A stretch of DNA of 63,974 nt, filler included, from Barthelona sp. PAP020 (taxonomy: Eukaryota), in the NCBI GenBank assembly GCA_040182905.1. It is 3 parts of 3 records of this genome, joined end to end, with 100 filler letters (N's around TTAATTAATTAA, not from the genome) between each part and the next. Parts side by side here need not be neighbours in the genome. Positions count along the whole stretch, not along the records: positions 24,996 to 49,859 come from JARQWU010000150.1; 2 more parts are not named here. One strand, given 5' to 3'. Every line of letters starts with the position of its first letter. The first letter of the stretch is position 1. The notes beneath the pieces are model-generated. The model made no database searches and was not told where the DNA came from. It saw only the letters and a list, made by a program, of their open reading frames with translations. A program made the position numbers and the translations under genes. Positions 25,100-34,820 of this stretch are shown here, piece by piece.

Positions 25100-26494
25100 A
25101 ATATATCTAATTGCAGCTTCTAAATCATAACGGTTATATTTCATTTGAAACAATTCGGAAGGAGTAAATGATTTCAGCATTGTAGTCGTAATTAATGTAG
25201 CCTGTTTTCTATTTGCAATATTTTTGGCTCTTGGATAGATGACATTGAAGAAAAACTGATTAAAATCCTCTTTTGACATTTCTTCTAACATTTGTTTTTC
25301 TTTTTGCATTGTTTCATTTTTTGCATTAACTACTTTTACCATCGTGTCTGCTTCGATTACAATTTTTTCACACATTTCAGCGTTATCCTTTATTTGATAC
25401 AGTTCTTGAATGTCCAATGACATAATCTTATCGTATACTATGGATATTTCATCAGAAAAGCAATTTTGTTCCAAATATTTGTCAAAATATTCATTAAAAA
25501 AATCATGCCTTTCTTTTTGTTCCATTTGTTTCACCAGTTCATATTCCACACGTTTATCGTTATCAAATATGATTTCGTGGCTTTTAACAATGGGAATAAA
25601 CATGTCAAAGAAATTATAAATGGTTGCAAAACTGGGTCTTTTCTCTGGATCTTGATGCATACATCTTTCAATGATAGTGTGTCCTACCAGATCATATTTC
25701 TCCATTTTTTCATCATTAACTAACGATGGAGTTTTATTACACATAACATAAAGATAAGTAGCTCCAAAAGACCAAACGTCAGCCGCAAAATCATCAATAA
25801 TGTTCTTTCCATCTCTATTTAATTCAGGTGGACTATATGTGGTCCAATTATGTGTAAGATGATCTTGAACACCAAAATTACACAAAGAAACTTCATATTG
25901 GATTTCTCTGTCATCAATGTCATCAGCATCTACATCATCATCATCAATAAAGATATCTTTTGGATATTTTTTGCGTAGCAAAATGCTATATGGTGCCAGT
26001 TTAAAATGACAAATCCCAATTTGATGACAAGAACTCATCACAAATGACAACTGTTTAAATATTTCTAATTTTTCCACAAGAGTCAAATTATTCATTTCTT
26101 GGGTTAAAAATAAATTGCAATGTTCTTTTATTATTGCAAATCTATCATCAATAATCGTAATACCATAAACTCTTTGGATAAATGGATTATCAATTATCAT
26201 TGGTAAACACTCTTTCTTTAATATTTCATTGGATGGATTCTTTAAAAATTTTATTTCAACTAATTCTCCTTTATAAATTCCTTCAAAGATATTCGAATCT
26301 TTGGGAATATTCTTTTTTTTCATATTGATAATTTCATTTGAGGGAATTCGAATGCTAATGATATAATCCATTAAATTATCAAAACTATTCGGAAAAATCA
26401 TTTTTGGCTTTTTGATATCCTTTTGTGTGTTGAAAAAATTCTTGCATCGTTTTTTTTCAATATCAATTAAATATCTTTCAATTGGCAATACCAT
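25079..26494 (-). CDS. Protein pseudokinase with two C-terminal degenerate MLLE/PABC-like helical domains (~471 aa)
   Basis: Kinase subdomains are recognisable but degenerate: VEIK, HFKLAPYSILL (for HRDLKPxNIL), CNFG (for DFG), YSPPE, ADVWSFG, DPEKRPSF. Start placed at ATG 26494, just after a T-tract. The MLLE call is less certain than the kinase call. Confidence 0.8.
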   Translation of the reverse strand: MVLPIERYLIDIEKKRCKNFFNTQKDIKKPKMIFPNSFDNLMDYIISIRIPSNEIINMKKKNIPKDSNIFEGIYKGELVEIKFLKNPSNEILKKECLPMIIDNPFIQRVYGITIIDDRFAIIKEHCNLFLTQEMNNLTLVEKLEIFKQLSFVMSSCHQIGICHFKLAPYSILLRKKYPKDIFIDDDDVDADDIDDREIQYEVSLCNFGVQDHLTHNWTTYSPPELNRDGKNIIDDFAADVWSFGATYLYVMCNKTPSLVNDEKMEKYDLVGHTIIERCMHQDPEKRPSFATIYNFFDMFIPIVKSHEIIFDNDKRVEYELVKQMEQKERHDFFNEYFDKYLEQNCFSDEISIVYDKIMSLDIQELYQIKDNAEMCEKIVIEADTMVKVVNAKNETMQKEKQMLEEMSKEDFNQFFFNVIYPRAKNIANRKQATLITTTMLKSFTPSELFQMKYNRYDLEAAIRYILLRITE

Positions 26495-26700
26495 AACAGG
26501 AAAAAAAAATTTCTTTTCTCTCATAAAATGCAATAATAAAACATTTCAAATGATAAAAACATTGTTTTTTGAATGCAAAACAGTATTAGTCATGAAATAG
26601 ACAAAGAAAAAAAATTGGTTTTTATAAAAACATGGTAGGGACAAATAAGCACAAAATAAGGCAAACTTTTTCTGTTCTAATAGAAGAACCTTATTTAATG

Positions 26701-27603
26701 TCATGGTTTGGAGTAAATTCTCAAAATACAATCATCAGTTCCAATAACTATTCTGTTGTCATTTGCAAATTTCACTGAATTTATACAATTTTCATGAGAT
26801 TGATGAGGCAAAGTTAACATGTTATGAAGGTCCCATACATACAAATCACCTTCTGAAGAACCACTACAAAGATACTTTCCATCCAAACTAACGTCTAAGG
26901 ACATAATCCAACCAACATTTTCACACAAATGGTTCTTTAGTAGAGGATTGGAATCTCTGATATCATACATATGAATTTGACTTGTGTCTGCCCCAACAAA
27001 GATATAATTGGAATCAGGACTGAAAGCTAAAGTCCTTACTCTTCGGCGATGATTTGTTAACCTGTACAACTGTTGGTTTGTTTCAACATCAACGACAGAA
27101 ACAACACCATTACTCTTACCCAAAGCCAATAATCTATCATTTGGACTGTACTTCAAAGATAAAATCCCATTCATATCTAAGTCTTTTGAAGTATTTACAA
27201 TTGTGTTTACAAGCTTTTGACTGCTCACATCAAAAATATATGCATTACCAGAATGTGAACCAGTAGCCAAAAAATTACCTTGAGATGATAAAGCAACATT
27301 CCAACAATCTAAAGGACCAGAAGTGACAGAAAATTTAAATGAAAACTCTTCCAAATCATAAATTCTAAGCTCAGATGACATGCCTTGACATGCTAAAATT
27401 CTTCCATCCCCAGATATATCCATATTTGCAACTCCAAGGTGATGTTGATCAAATATTTGAGCTTGTGGGTAAGGTGGATTATCCATCCAAATCTTTATTG
27501 TTTCATCAGCACTGCAAGAAACAAAATATCCCAGTTTCGAGTATCCTACACCCCATATCGAATCGGTATGGGCATTTTCTATTGTTTTGAAACTACTTGA
27601 CAT
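26701..27603 (-). CDS. WDR61: WD40 protein Ski8/WDR61 (~300 aa)
   Basis: N-terminal ENAHTDSIWGV, HHLGV, GPLDCWNVALS, LATGSHSG, ILSLKYSP and WIMSLDVS match the WDR61/Ski8 pattern; size fits. True start is probably ATG 27603, not the track's 27675. Confidence 0.8.
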   Translation of the reverse strand: MSSSFKTIENAHTDSIWGVGYSKLGYFVSCSADETIKIWMDNPPYPQAQIFDQHHLGVANMDISGDGRILACQGMSSELRIYDLEEFSFKFSVTSGPLDCWNVALSSQGNFLATGSHSGNAYIFDVSSQKLVNTIVNTSKDLDMNGILSLKYSPNDRLLALGKSNGVVSVVDVETNQQLYRLTNHRRRVRTLAFSPDSNYIFVGADTSQIHMYDIRDSNPLLKNHLCENVGWIMSLDVSLDGKYLCSGSSEGDLYVWDLHNMLTLPHQSHENCINSVKFANDNRIVIGTDDCILRIYSKP

Positions 27604-27645
27604 GAATAAACATGAAAAAAAATGATATCTATTTTTTTCATTGAA
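27604..27645. promoter_or_regulatory. 42-nt putative bidirectional promoter between WDR61 and CENP-S
   Basis: Divergent ATGs 42 nt apart; TTTTTTTCAT occurs once on each strand (27612-27621 reverse, 27632-27641 forward). Confidence 0.55.
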
Positions 27646-27894
27646 ATGAGTGATGGAATTCAAAAAAATATCCATGATTTTGTCGAGTCACAATGTGTAG
27701 AACAATCGATAAGTTTTACAAAAGAAGCTATTGATACAATAGCAGAATTTGCATTTGAAGGTCTAACTTTTTGCATTAAAGATTCAATTCTTTTTTCTTT
27801 ACATGCCAAAAGAAAAACAGTTAGACCATCTGATATTTTATTAGTTTGTAGAAGAAATGAGACTTTAAAAGAAGAACTTAAAGACTATCAATGA
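27646..27894 (+). CDS. CENPS: Histone-fold protein CENP-S/MHF1 (82 aa)
   Basis: FTKEAIDTIAE...KDSILFSLHAKRKTVRPSDILLVCRRNETL matches the CENP-S pattern (DLxxFAxHAKRxTIxxxDVxLxxRRN). Confidence 0.85.
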   Translation: MSDGIQKNIHDFVESQCVEQSISFTKEAIDTIAEFAFEGLTFCIKDSILFSLHAKRKTVRPSDILLVCRRNETLKEELKDYQ

Positions 27895-28394
27895 ATTCTA
27901 ATGTCTTCAATTTTCACAAGCATATTCATTTATGCTTCCCTTTCGTTCTTTTTTTAATTAAATTTATTGTGGATATTATTCTTTGGAATATTAAAAAAAA
28001 ATTTGAACTTTTTGCTACTTTTCATTTGGGTTTCCATTTTTTCATGCATTTGCTTGTATTTTCTTTTATTGAGTCATGTTTGTTGAGCTTTTTGCAAATT
28101 GATGATTATGTAAAAAGCTTTTATTTATTTTTGTTGAAAATGTGAAAAACTTTTGTAAATCTGTCTTTTTTTGATTTAAATTTTTTGTTAAAAAAGTAGG
28201 TAAAATTCTAGTTTTCTATGTATCTTTGGTTTTAGAAAACAAAATACACAACAGTAAAAAGACACAAATTCTCAAAAATGGAAAAAAATATAATCTGTTG
28301 GATGTTTATGTTACTTTTGGTGTGTTTAATAAATGTGGAACAGGAATTATAAAAAAAAAAGAAAAAGAATTACAATTTTTTTTTTTGATTCTTT

Positions 28395-29791
28395 ATGAGT
28401 GAAATTGACTTTGATACATTGACCACAGAGTCCATTGAAGTTATTGCGAATCAACCTACAATTAATATTGGTATTTAATATTATTTTATTAAAAAAGTTT
28501 AACTAACTATTTAGGTACCATCGGTCACGTTGCTCATGGTAAAACAACGGTTGTTAAGGCTATTTCTGGTGTTGCAACGAATAAGTTTTTTGATGAATTG
28601 AAACGTAATCTTACTATTGAATTGGGTTATGCAAATGCCAAAATTTTTCGTTGTCCTCACTGTCCTGAACCTCAATGTTATCAAGCTTTCAGTTCTGGTC
28701 AACCTTTAGGTGCACTTTGTTGTCATTGTCATACTGAAATGGATTTAATTCGTCACGTATCATTTGCAGATTGTCCTGGACATGATGTATTGATGGCTAC
28801 TATGCTTTCTGGTGCTGCTATTATGGATGCTGCATTATTATTGGTTGCTGCAAATGAACCTTGTCCTCAACCTCAAACTGCGGAACATTTGGCTGCTGTT
28901 GAAATTTTGAGATTGTCTGACATTATAATTTTGCAGAATAAAGTTGATTTATTATCAAAGGGAGAAGCAATCAAACATTATCAACAATTACATCAATATA
29001 TTCAAGGAACTCCAGCTTGTGGAAGTCCAATTATTCCTATTTCTGCACAATTAGGATATAATATTGATATAGTATTAAAACACATTGTAGAAACCATTCC
29101 AGTACCAAAAAGACAGTTAAATTTGCCTGCAAGAATGATTATTATTCGTTCATTTGATGTAAATAAACCTGGATCTCATGTTTCTAAGCTTACAGGAGGT
29201 GTTGCTGGTGGTTCTATTAAAGAAGGTATTTTAAGATTGAACGATATGGTTGAAATTCGTCCTGGTGTTGTTATTCAACAAGATAACACGTTTATAGTTA
29301 AGTCCATTTTCACAGAGGTTCTTCAATTAAAATCTGAAGAAAATGTTTTACAATTTGCAGTTCCTGGTGGGCTCATTGGTGTTGGTACTAGAATGGATCC
29401 CAGACATTGTCGTGCCAATGGTATTGTGGGAGATCTTTTGGGTCATGTTAATACTTTACCTGATGTTTATATCGACATAGTTGTTCAACACTATTTGGTT
29501 AGAACATTAGTAGGTGTAGCTGCTGCACCAAATGATGCTGATACTTCTGTTGTTCCTTTAACCGCTGGTGAATTATTGAAAATTAACATTGGTTCTCAAC
29601 ATGGTGGTGGTGTTGTTTTATCCATCAATGGTGATAAAGCACACATTAAATTGATGAAACCTGTGTGTTGTGAAATTGGTGAAAAAGTCGCTTTATCAAG
29701 ACGTATTCGTAATCATTGGAGATTGATTGGTTGGGGTGCAATATCAAGCGGAACTACTATCGATGTTGACACTTCAAACTCTCAAAAATAA
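28395..29791 (+). CDS. EIF2S3: Translation initiation factor eIF2 gamma (exons 28395-28470, 28515-29791; 450 aa)
   Basis: Splicing restores QPTINIG^TIGHVAHGKTT; also DCPGH, QNKVD, RSFDVNKPG, HWRLIGWG. Confidence 0.97.
28471..28514 (+). other. Spliceosomal intron, 44 nt, in eIF2-gamma
   Basis: GTATTT...ACTAACTATTTAG; removal joins two conserved halves of the G1 motif in frame. Confidence 0.95.
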
Positions 29792-30080
29792 AAATAAATT
29801 GCTTTGATAAGTTTTTGTTATTATTTTTCCAGAAATATTTAATCTTCTGTCTCAACTAAGTAAATAATGAAATAGAAATGTTCAAAGAAGTTTATGAAAA
29901 TCTTCAAAAGAAAAAAGGCATGGTTGCTTTCAAATTCCTAATATTTTAACATTAATTGAATCAATTATCGCAAGTTATTGGTTAATTAAAGGTTGAAGAA
30001 TTAAAATAAAGAAGGGAAAATTCAGGTTTTTGAGGGAAAAAGTGGAATGAAAAAAAATTTCTTTTTGTGTTCATTTTTTT

Positions 30081-30836
30081 ATGACTGACGAAATTAGTTC
30101 ATATGTTGAAACACTTGAAAAAGTATTGTCACACAGAGCCGTATGGATGACGTTGTCTGAATGTGCTCAACAGAAATCTTTACCACCGAAAAATGATCGA
30201 GTTAAATGGCGTCGAATTTTATCCAAAGCCAATGTTTGTTTTCGTCAAAATCAACAATCACCAGAAACATATGATTTGAATGACATTTATTTGGATCAAA
30301 ATGTTTTCATTCGTTTTAGATCAGTTTATAATCCTACAGATTCAAACAGAGTCAAAGCAATTTTGGAAGAAAAATACCCTGCTGGTGTTCAAAGAAATGA
30401 ATTGATATATCCGAATATTGGTGATGACTTGACCCAGTTTCAAAAAGATCAAATTGTTGTCAAACTTGCCGGTAAAAAAGATCATCCAACCATTTTTAGA
30501 AGACGTGAATATCCTTATCACATGGAATCCGGGCCTTTTTTACCGCATCTGGATGAAAAACATTTTGAACGAAAAACTTTGCTTGAAATACAGACTCAGT
30601 TTTGCTCAGAAACAGTTATACCAAATATGCCCCAAAAAGAAGAAGCGGGACGAGGGTTAATGCTATCTTTTAGTGATAGTCAGTCTGATAGTCATGGTTT
30701 GGAAGATGTTTTCGATATCCATTTTGAAAAAATCGATCATACGCTTTTTGAGAATGAAAATAGTGAACAATACCTTAAAGATCATTATTCCAAAATGTAT
30801 AATCTGAAGAAAATTCAACCTAAGAAGCACTACTAG
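30081..30836 (+). CDS. Probable TFIIE beta subunit (divergent)
   Basis: 251-aa ORF. The segment FRSVYNPTDSNRVKAILEEKYPAGVQRNELIYPNIGDDLTQFQKDQIV resembles the second winged helix of TFIIE-beta (YPNvxxDL); size fits. Confidence 0.55.
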   Translation: MTDEISSYVETLEKVLSHRAVWMTLSECAQQKSLPPKNDRVKWRRILSKANVCFRQNQQSPETYDLNDIYLDQNVFIRFRSVYNPTDSNRVKAILEEKYPAGVQRNELIYPNIGDDLTQFQKDQIVVKLAGKKDHPTIFRRREYPYHMESGPFLPHLDEKHFERKTLLEIQTQFCSETVIPNMPQKEEAGRGLMLSFSDSQSDSHGLEDVFDIHFEKIDHTLFENENSEQYLKDHYSKMYNLKKIQPKKHY

Positions 30837-30857
30837 CCATGTGTAAATAATTTTTTT

Positions 30858-31202
30858 TTTCATGTTTTTTTCGTTGTTTGTCTGAGGGATTTGAAGCTAA
30901 TTGAATAAGTGGCTTGTTTATTAGATATTTATGAGGTATGAGTTGTTCAGTGAACAACGAAACGAGTTAGCTTAAGGTTTGGGAAAAACTCATGTGGATT
31001 CAGATGCCCAAATAACTTAAAAAATTGGACGTAGAGATGGTCAAGAAACAACAAATAAAGGAAGTGATATTTGATGACCTCTTCATATATCTCCAATAAA
31101 TTCCGTTCATTGAGCATGAACTTCCACATAAATTGGAAAAGAACAAGCTTTTCCTCAATAGTGAGGTCTTAATGGACCATCTAACTGAAAAGAACAATGA
31201 AA
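30858..31202. ncRNA. Candidate structured ncRNA or small non-autonomous element
   Basis: Non-coding island between two convergent genes, with imperfect terminal inverted repeats and nested internal stems (AGATGGTC/GACCATCT, GACCTC/GAGGTC, TCCAAT/ATTGGA, GTTCAT/ATGAAC, ATGAGTT/AACTCAT, GTTGTTC/GAACAAC). No family recognised. Confidence 0.35.
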
Positions 31203-31282
31203 CACATCAAACAAAAAAAAAAAAAAAAAAATAATAAAAAAATAAAAAAAACCAATCCTTGAACATTTATTGACTAAAACTT

Positions 31283-32341
31283 TTAATTTAACTCTTCCCC
31301 TTCATCTTCTTCTAACATTGCATCGTCTTCATCATAGTCTTCAAATTCTTCTTCCGCATCACTTTCATAATCTTCCGTAGCAATAGCCAAATTCAACCTG
31401 ATGTGTCTGCCAATCAATGTTGTCAATCTTCCTTGAGTCTTTGTTTCTGCCAAAAAAGTCGCATGACCTTCCTCATCAATATTGAATAGTAAAATATCTC
31501 CATTAGATGTGCCAGCAACAAACAATTCTCCATCTTCAACAGGATCTTGAACTCTTGAAATAGCTTGAATACGATTCTTGTCTTCATAACCAATGTTTAA
31601 ACTTTTCATTCCATTGGTTTCAGTGTTACATAAAATGAACTTTCCCATTCTGTTTCCAAGCAACAATCGGTTGGAATCAATCCAACAAGTGCTCCAAACT
31701 TGATCTTTCAAATGACAATCAAAAATTATTTCACTGGTTGCAGTTTCACAAACAATTATTCTAAACATCAAATTAACACAATAGAAATCCCCTAATGGAG
31801 AAAACTCAATTGAGTAAGGTACTAAAGTTTTGTTCTTTTGAACAGTTGTCAAATCCAAAGTATGTTTTGCAGCAAGTCTACCATTCAACATATTAAACAA
31901 GTAAACATGTCCCTTGTTTGTTAAACCTAACATCAATCTACCAGTAGGATGGAAGGTTAATCCAACAATCGGATCTTTCATGTTCATTCGATGATACACA
32001 TTAAAATCATCTAAAGATGTCAACAAACATGTCCCATTATCATCTCCAGATACCATATATGTATCAGAAAAAAAATCTATGGCATTAACTGTTGAATTAT
32101 GATAGGTTAATTCTTCCCCTTTTTGTAATTTATTCACATCAAACACTCTCAAATGTTCATCAGCTGAACTTGTTATTAAATGTTTGGAAGTCATATTCAT
32201 TCTTTTTATGGTCGAACCAATTTCTTCAATAAATAGCTTTTTCATTGAATATTTATTTTCCTTTTCATCAAATTCAGTATTTAGTCCAATCAAATTTCCT
32301 TCATAAGTTCCAACAAAAATTAATCCTAAAAAGGATGACAT
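31283..32341 (-). CDS. PAK1IP1: WD40 60S biogenesis factor Mak11/PAK1IP1
   Basis: N-terminal IFVGTYEGNLIG, TSSADEHLRVFD, FHPTGRLML, LFNMLNGR, C-terminal TQGRLTTL and acidic tail. Confidence 0.8.
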   Translation of the reverse strand: MSSFLGLIFVGTYEGNLIGLNTEFDEKENKYSMKKLFIEEIGSTIKRMNMTSKHLITSSADEHLRVFDVNKLQKGEELTYHNSTVNAIDFFSDTYMVSGDDNGTCLLTSLDDFNVYHRMNMKDPIVGLTFHPTGRLMLGLTNKGHVYLFNMLNGRLAAKHTLDLTTVQKNKTLVPYSIEFSPLGDFYCVNLMFRIIVCETATSEIIFDCHLKDQVWSTCWIDSNRLLLGNRMGKFILCNTETNGMKSLNIGYEDKNRIQAISRVQDPVEDGELFVAGTSNGDILLFNIDEEGHATFLAETKTQGRLTTLIGRHIRLNLAIATEDYESDAEEEFEDYDEDDAMLEEDEGEELN

Positions 32342-32515
32342 TACAAGTAAATGAGAGAAAAAAGTATTTTTCTGTTTTTTTAAAAAAAATCATTGATGGT
32401 TATGATTTTATTCTGCAAATTTTTTAAATAAGAAGATGTTTTTTGATTTAGAAATTATCTGGAATTTCAGTGATTAAGAATTTCATCAATTTTTTTTTTT
32501 TTTTTCGAATTACAC

Positions 32516-34591
32516 ATGGCATTTATTGAAGAAAGATTGGAAAAATATGAAAGATTCAAACTTTTACATGCAAAGCAAGTTGAAGGAAGACCAATCAAAA
32601 TTAATTATAATGGTGTTGAAATAATTGTTGATTCACCAATTCACAGTTCACCTTTTCAAATAGCTGTTAAAATTGAAAAGGATGAAGCTCTAAAAACAGA
32701 GTTAGGTTCTGTTTTGGAACAAAAACCTTGTGTTGCAAAGATTAATGGAAAATTATGGGATATTCATGAGCCCATTTCTGAAGAAGGAACTTTAGAATTC
32801 TTATATTTTGATTCTCCTGAAGGAAAAGAAGTTTTTTTCCACTCTTCTGCCCACATTTTAGGTGCAACTTTTGAAGCGTTATATCAAGGATTGGTGGTTG
32901 TTGGACCTGCTTCTGAAAGTGGTTTCTTTTATGATGTGTATTTACCTGATGATGAACAAGGCAACAAACGTACTTTATCTGAAAGCGATTTGCCCTTGAT
33001 TCAAAAGAAATATCAATCAATAGCCAACAGCGATTCTAAATTTGAACACATTTTTGTCACTAAACTTGAAGCTATGGAACTGTTTTCCTACAACAAATTC
33101 AAATTGGAGTTCCTTGAGAATCATGTTGAAAAGGACGATGATTTGGTTAAAGTTTATAAGAATGGTGATTTTATTGACTTCTGTCGTGGACCCCATTTAC
33201 CTACCACTAAGTACGTTGTAGCTCCTTGGTTAAATAAGGTTGCTGGTACTCATCTTCATGGTGATATCACCAAGGAACCTCTTCAAAGAGTTTATGGGAT
33301 AAGTTTCCCCACTAAAAATGAATTGAAAGACCATAAGACTTTTGTTGAAGAAGCCAAAAAGAGAGATCATCGTCTTATTGGTGAAAAACAAGAGTTATTC
33401 TTCTTTTCACCCATCTACTCTGCCGGTTGTCCTTTCTTCTTACCTCATGGTCAACGTATCTATCTTACTCTTCAAAATTTCGTCAGAAAATTATGGCACA
33501 AAAGAGGTTATTTGGAAGTTCAAACTCCTAATATGGCCAGTCACAGGTTATGGAGAGTTTCTGGTCATTGGGATCATTATCATGAAGATATGTTCCAAGT
33601 TGTTACTGAAGACATGAATCCTGAAGATGATGAAAGAGATATTTGGGCTTTGGCACCAATGAATTGCCCAAAGCATTGTCTTTGTTTCGCAAGTCGTATT
33701 CGTTCTTATCGAGAATTACCTTTAAGATATGGTGAATTTGGTGTTTTGCATCGTAATGAAGCCAGTGGTGCTCTTAATGGACTATTTCGTGTTCGTAGAT
33801 TTGTTCAAGATGATGGTCATGTCTATTGTCGTCGTGATCAAATATTTGAAGAAATTGAGGCTGTTTTAGACATGATGAGAGTTGTTTACAGTGCTTTTAA
33901 CATGGAGTACACTTTTGCTCTTTCCACAAAGCCTGAAAATTGCGTTGGAAGTGATGAACTCTGGACACAAGCTGAAGAAGCCTTACAAAACGCATTGGAT
34001 AATAGTAATATTAAATATTCCATCAATCCTGGTGACGGTGCTTTTTATGGCCCTAAAATTGATGTGCATTTGAGAGATGCATTGAATAGAAAACATCAGT
34101 GTGCAACCATTCAATTAGATTTCAACATGCCTGAAAAGTTCAATCTCAAGTACAAGGATGCCGATGGTAATATGGTTACTCCCGTTATGATTCACAGAGC
34201 TGTTTTTGGTTCTTTGGAAAGATTTATTGGTATGATTACAGAACATCTTGCAGGCAGATGGCCTTTTTGGTTATCTCCAAGACAAGCCATTGTTGTTCCT
34301 GTTGATCCTCTCTACAATGAATATGCAGAAAAATGTGGTGAGAGATTACGTGATGCTGGATTCTATGTTGATGTTGATGTCTCGAATAACAGATATCCCA
34401 AGAAGGTTAGAAACGCTTCCAGCAATGCTTACAATTATATCTTGACTGTTGGACAACAAGAAGTTGATGAAAACGGTATTTTACCAGCAAGAAGAGCCGC
34501 TAAAGGTACTATCAAAGAAGAAATGGTTTCTATTGATGAATTGATTGAAACTTTCCACAAGTACGTTGATGAGATGGTTTTAGACCGTTAA
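32516..34591 (+). CDS. TARS: Cytosolic threonyl-tRNA synthetase
   Basis: TGS region, HSSAH, DFCRGPH, RDHR, PMNCP, HRNE, RVRRFVQDD, GAFYGPKID, TIQLDF, IHRAVFGSLERF, WPFWLSPRQ. Confidence 0.98.
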   Translation: MAFIEERLEKYERFKLLHAKQVEGRPIKINYNGVEIIVDSPIHSSPFQIAVKIEKDEALKTELGSVLEQKPCVAKINGKLWDIHEPISEEGTLEFLYFDSPEGKEVFFHSSAHILGATFEALYQGLVVVGPASESGFFYDVYLPDDEQGNKRTLSESDLPLIQKKYQSIANSDSKFEHIFVTKLEAMELFSYNKFKLEFLENHVEKDDDLVKVYKNGDFIDFCRGPHLPTTKYVVAPWLNKVAGTHLHGDITKEPLQRVYGISFPTKNELKDHKTFVEEAKKRDHRLIGEKQELFFFSPIYSAGCPFFLPHGQRIYLTLQNFVRKLWHKRGYLEVQTPNMASHRLWRVSGHWDHYHEDMFQVVTEDMNPEDDERDIWALAPMNCPKHCLCFASRIRSYRELPLRYGEFGVLHRNEASGALNGLFRVRRFVQDDGHVYCRRDQIFEEIEAVLDMMRVVYSAFNMEYTFALSTKPENCVGSDELWTQAEEALQNALDNSNIKYSINPGDGAFYGPKIDVHLRDALNRKHQCATIQLDFNMPEKFNLKYKDADGNMVTPVMIHRAVFGSLERFIGMITEHLAGRWPFWLSPRQAIVVPVDPLYNEYAEKCGERLRDAGFYVDVDVSNNRYPKKVRNASSNAYNYILTVGQQEVDENGILPARRAAKGTIKEEMVSIDELIETFHKYVDEMVLDR

Positions 34592-34820
34592 AATAGTAAA
34601 TTTGGATTTATTTTATGTTATTTTTTATTGAAAATTGATAACGATAAAAAAATGAAAAACAAATGAAATTGAAAAGGAAATTCAATAGTTCACCCTACAG
34701 AAATTCTTAGGTTTCAAAAAAGATTCCATTTTGTTGGTTGATAGGAGTCAATGCAAAATAAAAAAACTTTAAAAAAAAAACCCAAAAAATTTAGGATCTT
34801 TTTTTTCTTTGATTCAAGAA

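Noticed and set aside
30970..31232. Processed pseudogene (protein-like + strand frame with stops, followed by an A-run)
   Set aside because: No recognisable parent protein, and the A-run is explained as the T-rich 3' region of the convergent Mak11 gene; cannot be fully excluded.
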